Part shown: positions 1 through 10,388 of the stretch, in pieces
Layout: the number at the start of each line of letters is the position of its first letter
Numbering within the stretch: the stretch's first letter is position 1
NCBI GenBank assembly: GCA_965246935.1
Contig: CBDFGC010000006.1
Span: 293,961 to 357,960, forward strand
Source: Chitinophagaceae bacterium
GTDB taxonomy: Bacteria; Bacteroidota; Bacteroidia; Chitinophagales; Chitinophagaceae
Direction of reading: 5' to 3'
Length of the DNA stretch: 64,000 bases
Translations under genes and position numbers: made by a program
The notes under the pieces: generated by a model
What the model was told of the DNA's origin: nothing
Databases searched by the model: none
The model's input: only the letters and a program-made list of their open reading frames with translations

Positions 1-7
1 GGTTTTT

Positions 8-1324
8 ATGTCAGGATTTACCCTTGCCATTGCAGGCAGGCCCAATGTGGGCAAAAGCACTTTTTTTAACCGGCTACTGGAGCAGCGACAGGCAATTGTG
101 GATGATGAGAGCGGCGTAACCCGTGACCGGCAGTACGGCATCAGCGAATGGAATGGCAAATCGTTTAACGTAATTGATACCGGTGGTTTTGTGCCCGACA
201 GCCAGGATGTATTTGAAAAAGAAATTGCCATACAGGTAAAAATAGCTGTGGAAGAAGCAAATGCCGTTTTGTTTATCGTAGATGTAACGACCGGCATTAC
301 TGACCTGGATGAAGCAATGGCCGATATACTGAGGCGCAGCACCAAACCAGTTTTTTTAGCGGTAAATAAAGTAGATAACAGCCAGCGGCAATTGGATGCT
401 ACCGAATTTTACAGTATGGGCTTTGAGAATACATTTTTCATTTCGGCCATTAGCGGCAGCGGCAGCGGAGAGTTGCTGGATGCGATAGCTGTACTCATAA
501 CACCGGAGTCATCGGAAGATGTACATAGCAATGATGAGCTACCCAAATTTGCCATTATCGGCCAGCCCAATGTTGGCAAAAGCAGTCTGCTAAATGCACT
601 GATTGGCCAGGAACGCACCATTGTAAGCAATATAGCCGGCACCACCCGTGATGCCATTCATACGCATTACAAACTGTTTCAGAAGGAATTCATCCTGATC
701 GATACGGCCGGTATCCGGCGGAAAAATAAGGTAGAGGAAGACCTGGAGTTTTACTCCGTTATCCGGGCCATCAAAGCGCTGGATGATGCCGATGTGTGCC
801 TGTTGCTGCTGGATGCCGAAAAAGGAATTACTGCCCAGGACCTGAGCATTTTTAGCCTGGCGGTAAAAAAAGGAAAGGGCATTGTACTGATTATTAATAA
901 ATGGGATCTGATAGAAAAGCAAACCAATACAGCCCGTGATTTTGAAAAGACACTAAGGCAAAAGCTGGCACCATTCAATGATATTCCGATCCTGTTTGTT
1001 TCGGTGCTGGAAAAAACCCGCATCTTTAAAGTAATAGAAACGGCACTGGATGTATACGAAAACAAAAGTCGCAAAGTAACCACCTCACAACTAAATGAAG
1101 TGATGCTAAAAGCAATCGGAGGCAATATGCCCCCAATGGTACGCGGTAACCTGATCAAGATAAAGTATGTAACGCAGTTGCCTACCAAAGTGCCATCGTT
1201 TGCCTTTTTCTGCAACCACCCCGACGACATCAAAACGCCTTACAAAAACTATTTGGAAAACCAGTTGCGGCAAAACTTCAATTTTAGCGGGGTACCCATC
1301 CGGATTTATTTACGGGATAAATAA
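8..1324 (+). CDS. der: Ribosome-associated GTPase Der (EngA), two tandem GTP-binding domains
   Basis: Two G-domains with Walker A GRPNVGKSTFFN and GQPNVGKSSLLN, DTGG/DTAG, NKVD/NKWD motifs; C-terminal KH-like domain; 438 aa typical length. Confidence 0.92.
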   Translation: MSGFTLAIAGRPNVGKSTFFNRLLEQRQAIVDDESGVTRDRQYGISEWNGKSFNVIDTGGFVPDSQDVFEKEIAIQVKIAVEEANAVLFIVDVTTGITDLDEAMADILRRSTKPVFLAVNKVDNSQRQLDATEFYSMGFENTFFISAISGSGSGELLDAIAVLITPESSEDVHSNDELPKFAIIGQPNVGKSSLLNALIGQERTIVSNIAGTTRDAIHTHYKLFQKEFILIDTAGIRRKNKVEEDLEFYSVIRAIKALDDADVCLLLLDAEKGITAQDLSIFSLAVKKGKGIVLIINKWDLIEKQTNTARDFEKTLRQKLAPFNDIPILFVSVLEKTRIFKVIETALDVYENKSRKVTTSQLNEVMLKAIGGNMPPMVRGNLIKIKYVTQLPTKVPSFAFFCNHPDDIKTPYKNYLENQLRQNFNFSGVPIRIYLRDK

Positions 1325-1759
1325 CAATGGCAATTTGCAGCTTGATGTTACAATTTATAATCGCTAAGAAAATTTTGGCTGTATAAATAAAATCTGCAAC
1401 TTTACGCATTAACAAACCACTAACTGTTTAAATGAATAAAACGTATACACTTCTCTTTAAAGATTGTTGCTTTTAGCAATAGCACTTCCAAAATAACGTC
1501 CTGATCCTATCGATGCTTCTGAATACATTTCATTCTCCTAATAAGTGATCCTTGCTTACTGCATGCAACTGAATATACCATAGAGCATCAAATGCCGGCC
1601 ACTACCAGCACAAATATAAAATGCAGCCGGGTGCGGTCCTCAGGAAAAACAAGGTGCAGGTATCCTTTATACCTTACTGAACATCTCTCTCCTCACAAGC
1701 TAATTAATCATTTATCTTAATTACTACTGATTTTCCTTTTTTAACCAACCTCTTTTTTT

Positions 1760-4700
1760 ATGCAAAAAAGCTACATTTTAAAAAATCGTATCCGGACAAT
1801 GGTATTAGCAACAGCTATGCTCTTTTCCGGTATATGTGCAAAAGCCCAGTTTTTCACAGTTAATCAATGCTCCGGAACACCCTCAGCAGGTATTGGTTCC
1901 AGTTCGTATGGCCCACTATATAGTACGGCTTCAGCGAATTCTACCAACCGCACGGCTGTTATTTATCCTGCTACCCAGCTAACCGGTGTTTCCGGCAACC
2001 TGTTATCTGCTATTTATTATTACCGGTTTTCTGCAAACGGAGCCTTGACAGGATCTCCCAATTTTAAAATTTATCTGAAAGAAGTTACTAATACAGACTG
2101 GGGTGCAAACTTCGCATCGTGGGCTGATACCATTGCCTCTGCCACACTTGTATTCAATGGTAATCCGGCTCCGTACGTAGGTACTTCACTCGGCTGGAAG
2201 GGGTTTCCGCTTACAACCGGGTTTACGTACTCAGGCACAAAAAATCTGGCGGTATTAACGGAGTACACAAATGCAACTGCAAGTATTCCCATTACCTGGA
2301 CATATGAGTACACCAGCCCTTGTGTAAACACGAGCAACAGTAATACAACTAAATACTCAAATAATACAACAGGTATATTACCGGTTTCATTAAGTTCGTC
2401 TGATTATCGCCGGCCTTATACCGGATTTGATAACGCACTTAGCTGTTACCCGCCATATGGTGTTAGTGCAACCGTCACTAGTAATTCATCCCAATTATCA
2501 TGGGTTGCTCCATCTGCTGCGCCGGCAGCAGGCTATGAATATTATTACAATACTTCCGGCACAGAACCAACGGCAGCAACTGTGCCTACCGGTACAACTG
2601 CTGCTGGTGTTACTACCGCTTCAATAAATAGCCTAACTCCTGGTACTACCTATTACTATTGGGTTCGTTCTGCCTGTAGCGGATCTTCTAAAAGCGCCTG
2701 GATCGGTTCCTCATTTGTAACTTCGTTTGTTACGCCTGCAAATGATCTGATCTGCAATGCCACCCCGGTAACAGTAAGTACCGGAGCTGCGTGTGCAAAT
2801 GCACTTACCGGTCAAACAACCGGAGGCGCTACAGCCGGACCTGCAGCCTGTACTGGTTCGGGAGCTGATGATGACGTATGGTATTCGTTTGTAGCAAATA
2901 ATACCACGCAAATTATTAGTTTGATCAACCCTTCAGTAACACCTGCAGGAAGCAGTAACGACCGGGTACATCAAATTTATTCAAGTTCAGACAATACCTG
3001 TACCGGTACGCTTACCAGTATAACATGTTCTGATCCTGAAGCGAGTACAACTACAGGTCTTGTAGTAGGTAAAACTTATTTTGTACGGGTACATTCTTAC
3101 AGTACAGGTAACTATACCACTTTTGATATATGTATAAGTGCCCCGCTCCCGCCACCGGCAAATGATAATATTTGTGGTGCTATCGCTTTAAGTGTTAGTC
3201 CGGGAAATACCTGTACCACTATTCTTACCAACCAGTCTACACAAAGTGCAACACAATCTTTAGCCGGATGTGCAGGTACTGCTGATGAGGATGTATGGTA
3301 TTCATTTGTAGCTGCCAATGCAACTCAAAATATCACGCTCTCCAATTCAGGTATCGGAGTTACTGATAGAGTACACCAGGTTTTTTCAAGTTCAGATAAC
3401 ACCTGTACAGGTACATTAACCAGCCTGCTCTGCTCAGATCCCGAATCAAGTACATTAACCGGATTAACTGTTGGGAAGACCTATTTTTTAAGGGTTTATT
3501 CATATACAAGCACTGTTACAAGTTATACCACATTCGATATTTGCATCACCGGCCCTACCGCCCCTCCTGCAAATGATAATGCTTCCGGGGCTATTGCCTT
3601 AACAGTTGGTGCCGGTTGTACGGGCGCCCCTTACAACAATACAGGGGCAACGCTTAATACGGGTGAACCTTATCCCTCCTGCTCCGGAACGGCAAACTCA
3701 CCCGTATGGTTTAAATTTGTAGCCCCTGCAAGCGGTGCAGTACGTATTTCAACCGACCTTGGAACAGCGCCAACCTTTGTAGATTCAAAAGTCGGTTTAT
3801 TTTCAGCTACCGACCCTGCAAACTATTCTACCTTTTCTATTATTTCATGCGATGACGATGGTGGCAGTGCAATTGGCTCAGGGTTTTTATCAGTATTGTA
3901 TGCATCCGGACTTACTGCCGGAACCACGTACTATGTGGCGGTAGATAAATACGCCAGCTCTACTACAACCGGGACTTATTGTATAGCTGTAGATGAATTG
4001 GCTTCTGCAATGCTTGCTACAACCAATACCTGTAGCAGTACCTATCAAACACCTTCCAGCAATTCAAGCACAACCTATACAGGCTGGGTGCCTTTGCTGG
4101 ATGCTACAAGCCGCCTGGTTGCTCTCGTGAGAAATCCAGCTGGGGGTGATGCAGGTTTATATAGCAATAGTCAGAATGTAAACACCGGCGCCGTGCGCCA
4201 ATCTAACGGAACTTATTATTTGAACAGGAATTACCGTATTTCAAATACAACGGCTACCAATGTGAATGTTCAGTTGTTCTTCCTGAACTCAGAATTAACT
4301 GCACTTGCAACTGCCGACCCACTTGTTACGCTTGCTAATATTGGTGTAACACGCCAGAACAATGGCACTTCCACAACTTGCTATAATAACGTAGATTTAA
4401 GTGGCGGAGCATTAAGTTTCATACCGCAAACGGGTAACGGAACAGCCAATGGTGTCAACTGGATCAACTTCACTACGCCTGCCTTCTCTAACTTTTACCT
4501 CAACAGGGCCGGAACAGCACTTCCGATTTCGCTGCAATATCTGAAAGGAATCAGAGCAGGAACCGGCAATGCCCTGAACTGGAAGGTAAACTGTACTTCG
4601 GTAAGCATCACCATGGAACTGGAACGTTCTTCTGACAGCCGCAGCTTTAAAGCTATTACCAGTATCACGGCTACACAGGCACGTTGTGGCCAGCCATTCG

Positions 4701-5071
4701 ACTACACGGATGCCAGCCCACTGAAAGGAACCAATTACTACCGGCTGAAAATGATAGATGTAGATGGCAGAGTAACCTACTCTCCTATTGTTGCCATTAT
4801 TAATGGTACAAGCGGTGCCGAACTGGTAGGCATTTACCCAACCGTAGTACGGGATGAAGCATTTGTAAGTGTAGCAGCCAGCCGCAGCACTAAAATGCAG
4901 CTCAACATCACCGATATGAGTGGCAGAATTATTAAAACGATCAGTGAAACGGTAGCTAATGGCAGTTCACTGATAAGCATCAACACAGCTAATCTTTCTA
5001 CCGGTGTGTACAACATTACCGGTATGCTGGATGGTGTTCAAACAAAAACACTACGCTTTGTAAAACAGTAA
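1760..5071 (+). CDS. Large secreted repeat protein with Fn3 domain, three ~130-aa ANDN(I/A)xGAIAL repeat domains and C-terminal T9SS type A sorting domain
   Basis: N-terminal signal peptide; Fn3-like segment; threefold internal repeat (ANDLICNA.., ANDNICGAIAL.., ANDNASGAIAL..); C-terminus GIYPTVVRDEAFVSV...LRFVKQ resembles Por_Secre_tail. Confidence 0.7.
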   Translation: MQKSYILKNRIRTMVLATAMLFSGICAKAQFFTVNQCSGTPSAGIGSSSYGPLYSTASANSTNRTAVIYPATQLTGVSGNLLSAIYYYRFSANGALTGSPNFKIYLKEVTNTDWGANFASWADTIASATLVFNGNPAPYVGTSLGWKGFPLTTGFTYSGTKNLAVLTEYTNATASIPITWTYEYTSPCVNTSNSNTTKYSNNTTGILPVSLSSSDYRRPYTGFDNALSCYPPYGVSATVTSNSSQLSWVAPSAAPAAGYEYYYNTSGTEPTAATVPTGTTAAGVTTASINSLTPGTTYYYWVRSACSGSSKSAWIGSSFVTSFVTPANDLICNATPVTVSTGAACANALTGQTTGGATAGPAACTGSGADDDVWYSFVANNTTQIISLINPSVTPAGSSNDRVHQIYSSSDNTCTGTLTSITCSDPEASTTTGLVVGKTYFVRVHSYSTGNYTTFDICISAPLPPPANDNICGAIALSVSPGNTCTTILTNQSTQSATQSLAGCAGTADEDVWYSFVAANATQNITLSNSGIGVTDRVHQVFSSSDNTCTGTLTSLLCSDPESSTLTGLTVGKTYFLRVYSYTSTVTSYTTFDICITGPTAPPANDNASGAIALTVGAGCTGAPYNNTGATLNTGEPYPSCSGTANSPVWFKFVAPASGAVRISTDLGTAPTFVDSKVGLFSATDPANYSTFSIISCDDDGGSAIGSGFLSVLYASGLTAGTTYYVAVDKYASSTTTGTYCIAVDELASAMLATTNTCSSTYQTPSSNSSTTYTGWVPLLDATSRLVALVRNPAGGDAGLYSNSQNVNTGAVRQSNGTYYLNRNYRISNTTATNVNVQLFFLNSELTALATADPLVTLANIGVTRQNNGTSTTCYNNVDLSGGALSFIPQTGNGTANGVNWINFTTPAFSNFYLNRAGTALPISLQYLKGIRAGTGNALNWKVNCTSVSITMELERSSDSRSFKAITSITATQARCGQPFDYTDASPLKGTNYYRLKMIDVDGRVTYSPIVAIINGTSGAELVGIYPTVVRDEAFVSVAASRSTKMQLNITDMSGRIIKTISETVANGSSLISINTANLSTGVYNITGMLDGVQTKTLRFVKQ

Positions 5072-5098
5072 GCATGCTGTTTTAAGCACATACAAAAA

Positions 5099-5130
5099 GC
5101 CGTTTCTACCTCGTAGAGACGGCTTTTTTG
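5099..5130 (+). terminator. Rho-independent terminator after T9SS cargo gene
   Basis: gccgtttcta(cctcg)tagagacggc hairpin followed by TTTTTTG. Confidence 0.6.
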
Positions 5131-5342
5131 TAATTCAGAACACAGTATTCGGTTCTTTAGGACAAATACCCCTTTATATTAAATCAAAACAAAATAGGCA
5201 AATCGAATGCAGACTGCCAAAGTGGAGTCTACCACCCAATTTTATCCGGGTATAAAGGTTCGGCTTTGTAGCCTTTGGGTTCCCGGTTAAAGAACACAAC
5301 CTCCCAGACTAAACTTTTGGAACGCTTATACCTTTTCTAAAA

Positions 5343-5425
5343 GACGCCAGCATGGCGTCTCTACAAAATTGTATTATCCCATTCTTATCCCAATCATCCC
5401 ATCTTATCCCATTTTAAGACGATCT
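5343..5425. repeat. Dispersed ~80-bp repeat element: hairpin AGACGCCAgcaTGGCGTCT plus tatcccat tandem motifs (copy 1)
   Basis: Second copy in inverted orientation at 30200-30298 (gggataaat repeats + tagagacgccatgctggcgtct). Confidence 0.6.
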
Positions 5426-5507
5426 CACTTCAAACACACCTATCCATCCCTGCATTTATCCCTGTATTTTTGCGCCGCCTTTTTACTCCTCTTTAGTATT
5501 CACTAGT

Positions 5508-7181
5508 ATGCCCAAAGACAATTCCATTACATCCGTTCTTATTATCGGCAGTGGCCCCATTATTATTGGCCAGGCCTGCGAGTTTGATTACAGCGGTACC
5601 CAGGCGGCCCGCAGCCTGAAGGAAGAAGGCGTTCGGGTTACGCTTATCAACAGCAACCCCGCTACCATTATGACCGACCCCATGATGAGCGACAAAGTAT
5701 ATCTGCTGCCTTTAACCGTAGAAAGTATCGAGCAAATTTTAGAAGAAAATATGCAGCATTCTGAAAACCGGATTAATGCGGTATTGCCTACCATGGGTGG
5801 CCAGACCGCTCTGAACCTGTGTAAGGAAGCCGAGGAGCTTGGCATTTGGGAAAAGTATAACGTACGGCTGATTGGCGTGGATATAAAAGCCATTGATAAA
5901 GCCGAGGATCGGGAAAAATTCCGGCAGTGGATGATACAAATGAACATACCGGTATCCCAGGCACGTACCGCTAATAGTTGGCTGGAGGGTAAAGAGTTTG
6001 CACAGGAAATCGGGTTTCCGCTGGTAATCCGGCCCTCGTTTACACTGGGCGGTACCGGCGGCGGTTTTGTACACGATAAAAGCGAACTGGACGAAGCCTT
6101 GCACCGGGGCCTGGCCGCCAGCCCCATGCACGAGGTGCTGGTAGAAAAAGCAGTCATCGGCTGGAAGGAGTTTGAACTGGAACTATTGCGGGATTCCGCA
6201 GATAATGTGGCTATTATTTGCACCGTGGAAAATTTCGATCCTATGGGTATTCATACCGGCGACAGCATTACCGTAGCCCCGGCCATGACACTAAGCGATA
6301 CTGCATTCCAGCTAATGCGGGATACCGCCATCCGTATGATGCGGGAGTTGGGCCAGTTTGCCGGCGGTTGTAATGTGCAGTTTGCGCTAAACCCGGTTAC
6401 GGAAGAAATTATTGCGGTTGAAATTAACCCACGGGTAAGCCGCTCCTCTGCCTTGGCAAGCAAAGCCACAGGCTACCCCATTGCGAAGATTGCGGCTAAG
6501 CTGGCCATTGGTTATCATCTGGATGAACTGAAAAACCAGATTACCAAAACCACCAGCGCCTATTTTGAACCGGCGCTGGATTATGTTATTGTAAAAATGC
6601 CCCGCTGGAATTTTGATAAGTTTAAGGGTGCCAACGATACGTTGGGCCTGCAAATGAAAAGCGTGGGCGAAGTAATGGCTATTGGCCGCAGCTTTACCGA
6701 AGCTATTCAGAAAGCTTGTCAGAGTTTGGAAAATGAAGCTGTGGGCCTGGGTTATTATGGTAAAAGCATGATGTATAGCGGAGAATTAATTGAATACTTA
6801 AAAGTGCCGAAGTGGGACCGGGTATTCCGTATAAAAGATGCACTAATGCTGGGCGTAAGTATTAAAACCATTTGCGAAGCCACCCGCATCGACCGCTGGT
6901 TTATTTACCAGATAAGAGAGATTGTGCGTACGGAACAGGAGATTGCGAAATACAACGGCGATACATTGCCGGATGATTTGCTGATACAGGCTAAAAAACA
7001 GGGCTTTAGCGATGAGCAGATTTGCCGCATCATCAAAGACGGTACTACGGAAGATGAGCTATACGAACGCCGCAAAAAAATGGGCCTTACCCGTGTGTTC
7101 AAAATGGTGGATACCTGTGCGGCTGAGTTCGAAGCCAAGACACCTTATTTTTACAGTACGTTTGAAACGGAGGGAAGTTAG
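5508..7181 (+). CDS. carB: Carbamoyl-phosphate synthase large subunit, N-terminal half (ATP-grasp 1 + oligomerisation domain)
   Basis: IIGSGPIIIGQACEFDYSGTQA, NSNPATIMTD, VIRPSFTLGGTGGG, NPRVSRSSALASKATGYPIAK; ends ...VDTCAAEFEAKTPYFYSTFE at the position of the E. coli CarB interdomain linker. Confidence 0.9.
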   Translation: MPKDNSITSVLIIGSGPIIIGQACEFDYSGTQAARSLKEEGVRVTLINSNPATIMTDPMMSDKVYLLPLTVESIEQILEENMQHSENRINAVLPTMGGQTALNLCKEAEELGIWEKYNVRLIGVDIKAIDKAEDREKFRQWMIQMNIPVSQARTANSWLEGKEFAQEIGFPLVIRPSFTLGGTGGGFVHDKSELDEALHRGLAASPMHEVLVEKAVIGWKEFELELLRDSADNVAIICTVENFDPMGIHTGDSITVAPAMTLSDTAFQLMRDTAIRMMRELGQFAGGCNVQFALNPVTEEIIAVEINPRVSRSSALASKATGYPIAKIAAKLAIGYHLDELKNQITKTTSAYFEPALDYVIVKMPRWNFDKFKGANDTLGLQMKSVGEVMAIGRSFTEAIQKACQSLENEAVGLGYYGKSMMYSGELIEYLKVPKWDRVFRIKDALMLGVSIKTICEATRIDRWFIYQIREIVRTEQEIAKYNGDTLPDDLLIQAKKQGFSDEQICRIIKDGTTEDELYERRKKMGLTRVFKMVDTCAAEFEAKTPYFYSTFETEGS

Positions 7182-7304
7182 TTTTTTCACCACAAAGGAA
7201 TATAAGGAGCACATAGGTTCACATAGAAATACAACACATTAGAAAGAATTGTTAGAAAAGAGTAAAGCTCCGTTATAAAATAAACAGTTGTCAGCGGAAG
7301 TATT

Positions 7305-7778
7305 ATGAACCCTTCACCAAATAAAAAGTATCCATATCAGGTTTGGGGATCAACTCTAATTTCTACTCCAATTGTAATTTCCTTAATGAAGCTTATTAAA
7401 AACTATTCTTTATTTAGTCCAGAAAGTTTAGGATCTGAATTTATATTTATACTATTCATACTTTTTATTAGTGTAATAACTTCCTTACCAGCACTTTTTC
7501 TGTATAGATTTTCTTTTGCAAGATTTTCTCACCTCTCTATTTCATTTGTCCGGGTTAAATCCATTCTGTCCTTTACAGCTATCTGCTCTACTATATTGAC
7601 ATTCATTTTAGTTGATAAGATACTCATTGAATTGTGGAGAAAAGGATTAAGTTCCATAGAAATTACAATTGCCTACCCGGTTATCTATTCAATAACAATA
7701 GCAGTAACAGGTTACTATTTTAAACTCACTGATAGTGAGGAATGTTCCACCCGCACAACTTTAAACTTTAAACTTTGA
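7305..7778 (+). CDS. Hypothetical small multi-pass membrane protein, AT-rich, inserted between the two carB halves
   Basis: 157-aa ORF, 4-5 hydrophobic helices, markedly lower GC than flanking carB; no recognisable family. Confidence 0.4.
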   Translation: MNPSPNKKYPYQVWGSTLISTPIVISLMKLIKNYSLFSPESLGSEFIFILFILFISVITSLPALFLYRFSFARFSHLSISFVRVKSILSFTAICSTILTFILVDKILIELWRKGLSSIEITIAYPVIYSITIAVTGYYFKLTDSEECSTRTTLNFKL

Positions 7779-7800
7779 ACCTGAAACGGTTTTCTGAACA

Positions 7801-8982
7801 ATGAACCATAACGAATCCATCCCCTCCAACCGTAAAAAAATAATTGTACTTGGCAGCGGCCCGAACCGCATTGGCCAGGGCATTGAGTTCGACTATTGCT
7901 GTGTGCACGGCCTGCTGGCCATTAAGGAATGTGGCTACGAAGCCATCATGGTCAATTGCAACCCGGAGACGGTAAGTACCGATTTCGACATTGCCGATAA
8001 ACTGTATTTCGAACCCGTTTTTTGGGAACACCTCTGGGAAATTATTGAGCATGAAAAACCCGAAGGCGTCATCGTTCAACTGGGCGGGCAAACGGCACTG
8101 AAATTAGCCAGGCGGCTTCATGCAAAAGGTATTCGCATTATGGGCACCAGCTACGATAATATGGACATTGCCGAAGACCGTGGCCGCTTTAGCGATAAGC
8201 TGAAAGCTTTGGGCATTCCTTTTCCCCGTTATGCGACTGCCTATAATACCGACGATGCCATAGAAGCCGCACGGGAAGTAGGCTACCCGGTGCTGGTGCG
8301 GCCCAGCTATGTATTGGGCGGCCAGCGTATGCGCATTGTGCTGAATGATGAGGAACTGGAGAGCGGCGTATTGAGTTTACTAAAGCATTTACCCGGCAAT
8401 AAAATCCTGATCGATCATTTCCTCGACCGCTGCCAGGAAGCAGAAATTGACGCCATTTTTGATGGCGATGATTTTCATGTAATGGGCGTAATGGAGCATA
8501 TTGAACCGGCCGGTATTCATAGTGGCGACAGTAATGCCGTATTGCCAGCTTTTAATCTTACCCCGTTACTGGTTACGACTATGGAACACTATGCCGAAAA
8601 AATTGCCCGTGCATTAGAAATCCGTGGCCTTATCAATATTCAGTTTGCTATAAAAGACAATACCGTATTTGTAATTGAAGCTAACCCACGTGCCAGCCGC
8701 ACTACCCCGTTTATTGCCAAAGCTTACCAGATCCCTTACCTGAACGTTGCTACCAAAGTAATGCTGGGCGAAGCAAAACTGAAAGACTTTACATTCGAGA
8801 AAAAGATGCAGGGCTTCGCCATTAAGGAGCCGGTTTTCAGTTTCGATAAATTTCCGGGTGTAAATAAGGAATTAGGCCCTGAAATGAAAAGCACAGGTGA
8901 AGCTATCCGCTTTATCAAAGATCTGCGGGACCCCTACTTCAGACAATTATATAAGGAGCGCAGTATGCACCTCAGTAAATAA
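7801..8982 (+). CDS. carB: Carbamoyl-phosphate synthase large subunit, C-terminal half (ATP-grasp 2), lacking MGS-like allosteric domain
   Basis: KIIVLGSGPNRIGQGIEFDYCCVHG, MVNCNPETVSTDFD, VLVRPSYVLGGQRM, NPRASRTTPFIAKA; own ATG start; ends just before where allosteric domain begins in E. coli CarB. Confidence 0.9.
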   Translation: MNHNESIPSNRKKIIVLGSGPNRIGQGIEFDYCCVHGLLAIKECGYEAIMVNCNPETVSTDFDIADKLYFEPVFWEHLWEIIEHEKPEGVIVQLGGQTALKLARRLHAKGIRIMGTSYDNMDIAEDRGRFSDKLKALGIPFPRYATAYNTDDAIEAAREVGYPVLVRPSYVLGGQRMRIVLNDEELESGVLSLLKHLPGNKILIDHFLDRCQEAEIDAIFDGDDFHVMGVMEHIEPAGIHSGDSNAVLPAFNLTPLLVTTMEHYAEKIARALEIRGLINIQFAIKDNTVFVIEANPRASRTTPFIAKAYQIPYLNVATKVMLGEAKLKDFTFEKKMQGFAIKEPVFSFDKFPGVNKELGPEMKSTGEAIRFIKDLRDPYFRQLYKERSMHLSK

Positions 8983-9002
8983 GATTTATTTATTTCTATT
9001 AT

Positions 9003-9031
9003 CCTATGGCATATAGCCATGGGATTTTTTT
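9003..9031 (+). terminator. Rho-independent terminator after carB C-half
   Basis: tatggcatatagccat hairpin followed by T7. Confidence 0.55.
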
Positions 9032-9377
9032 GTTTATGATGCGAATATGGAATTGGAAACAGTAAAAAGACCATCTTTTGATTTCACTCTTGCATTTGGC
9101 CTTTTGATGCTGCAAAACTTTGGATAATGGTAATGATGCCCATAATGAGAAATTGTTGTGTAAAAGCACATTTAAAATACCTGATATAAAGGCAGAATTG
9201 ACCTGCCACCATTACAGTTGTAGAGAAATTCTCCTGCCATTTCCCGGCCCCTTTTTTGTTCCTTTTAACGTATGAGCCGGTTGAGGTTAATACATTCCAA
9301 AAAAGCGTTTTAACCTTTCTAAAAGGCACTTTTTTGGATACTTACAGCGTATATAAAGTAAATAAAAAAGGATAAAT

Positions 9378-10013
9378 ATGAAACAGATTAGAGCAATAAT
9401 AGTAGCCCTACCCATACTCCTCACCGCTTGTACCTCATCAAAACTCACCTCAAGTTGGAAAGATCCCGGAACGTCGAAAGAACTAAGCCGGTTTAAAAAT
9501 ATTCTGGTAGTAGGTATGCAGCCTAATAACCGTCAGTTGAAAGAACAAATGGAAAATTATCTGACAGAATATCTGAAAAAAGAAGGTATTAGTGCTAAAG
9601 CCTCTTTTGATGAATATGGTCCTAAAGCTTTTGCTGGTTTGAGTGAAGACGCTATCGCTGACCGCCTGAAATCGAAAGGTTATGATGGTGTTATCACTAT
9701 TGCATTACTTGATAAATCAAAAGAACAGGATTATGTACCTGGCCGTGTAAACTATACCCCAATTGGAACCTATTATAATAGGTTTGGCCGGTATTTTTCT
9801 ACCGTATACGATAGGGTATACACACCGGGCTATTATACTACCAATACTAATTATTTCTGGGAAACTAACTTGTACGATGCTAAGCAGGATAAGATAATCT
9901 ATTCTGCACAAAGTCAGAGTTTTAGCCCCAATAGTGTTTCTTCTATGGGTAAAGAACATGGAAAGCTGATTGTAAAAGATTTAGAAAAGAATGGTCTTCT
10001 CAGCAGCCGTTAA
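9378..10013 (+). CDS. Hypothetical lipoprotein
   Basis: Signal peptide with lipobox LLTAC; no catalytic motifs recognised. Confidence 0.6.
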   Translation: MKQIRAIIVALPILLTACTSSKLTSSWKDPGTSKELSRFKNILVVGMQPNNRQLKEQMENYLTEYLKKEGISAKASFDEYGPKAFAGLSEDAIADRLKSKGYDGVITIALLDKSKEQDYVPGRVNYTPIGTYYNRFGRYFSTVYDRVYTPGYYTTNTNYFWETNLYDAKQDKIIYSAQSQSFSPNSVSSMGKEHGKLIVKDLEKNGLLSSR

Positions 10014-10056
10014 AAATATTGTGAAGATGGTTTGAAGGTGTGAGGTTTAGGGTTAA

Positions 10057-10088
10057 GCCGTACCGGGTTTTCGGTGCGGCTTTTTTTA
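10057..10088 (+). terminator. Rho-independent terminator
   Basis: gccgtaccg(ggttttc)ggtgcggc + T7. Confidence 0.55.
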
Positions 10089-10388
10089 GCCATCATTTTA
10101 CCGGCACGACAGCCCTATTTCCAATGAACTAGTGTATGGAAACCTAACGAGATTAATCTATATAATAACACATGTAAACAGGTTATTGAAAATACCTGGC
10201 CGGCTGACACTGATCTGCTTATTGTCTTTGCGAAGCAGGGATCTTGTGCCTGTTTGAATCTGATATAATGCACCTCTGCCATCTTATATATTCCTGCCTG
10301 GCAGACCTTGGATAATATCCTTTTGCAAAATCACAGAATCCTGCATACGGGAACCTGTATTTAAAATCACAAATTACTTGTTAATACT

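Noticed and set aside
409-1233. Antisense ORFs inside der (82, 110, 160 aa)
   Set aside because: They lie entirely within and opposite a well-supported conserved gene and have low-complexity composition; spurious.
5588-6653. Antisense ORFs of 211, 130, 72 and 88 aa within carB N-half
   Set aside because: Opposite strand of a highly conserved CDS; Ser/Ala/Arg-rich translation typical of GC-rich antisense frames.
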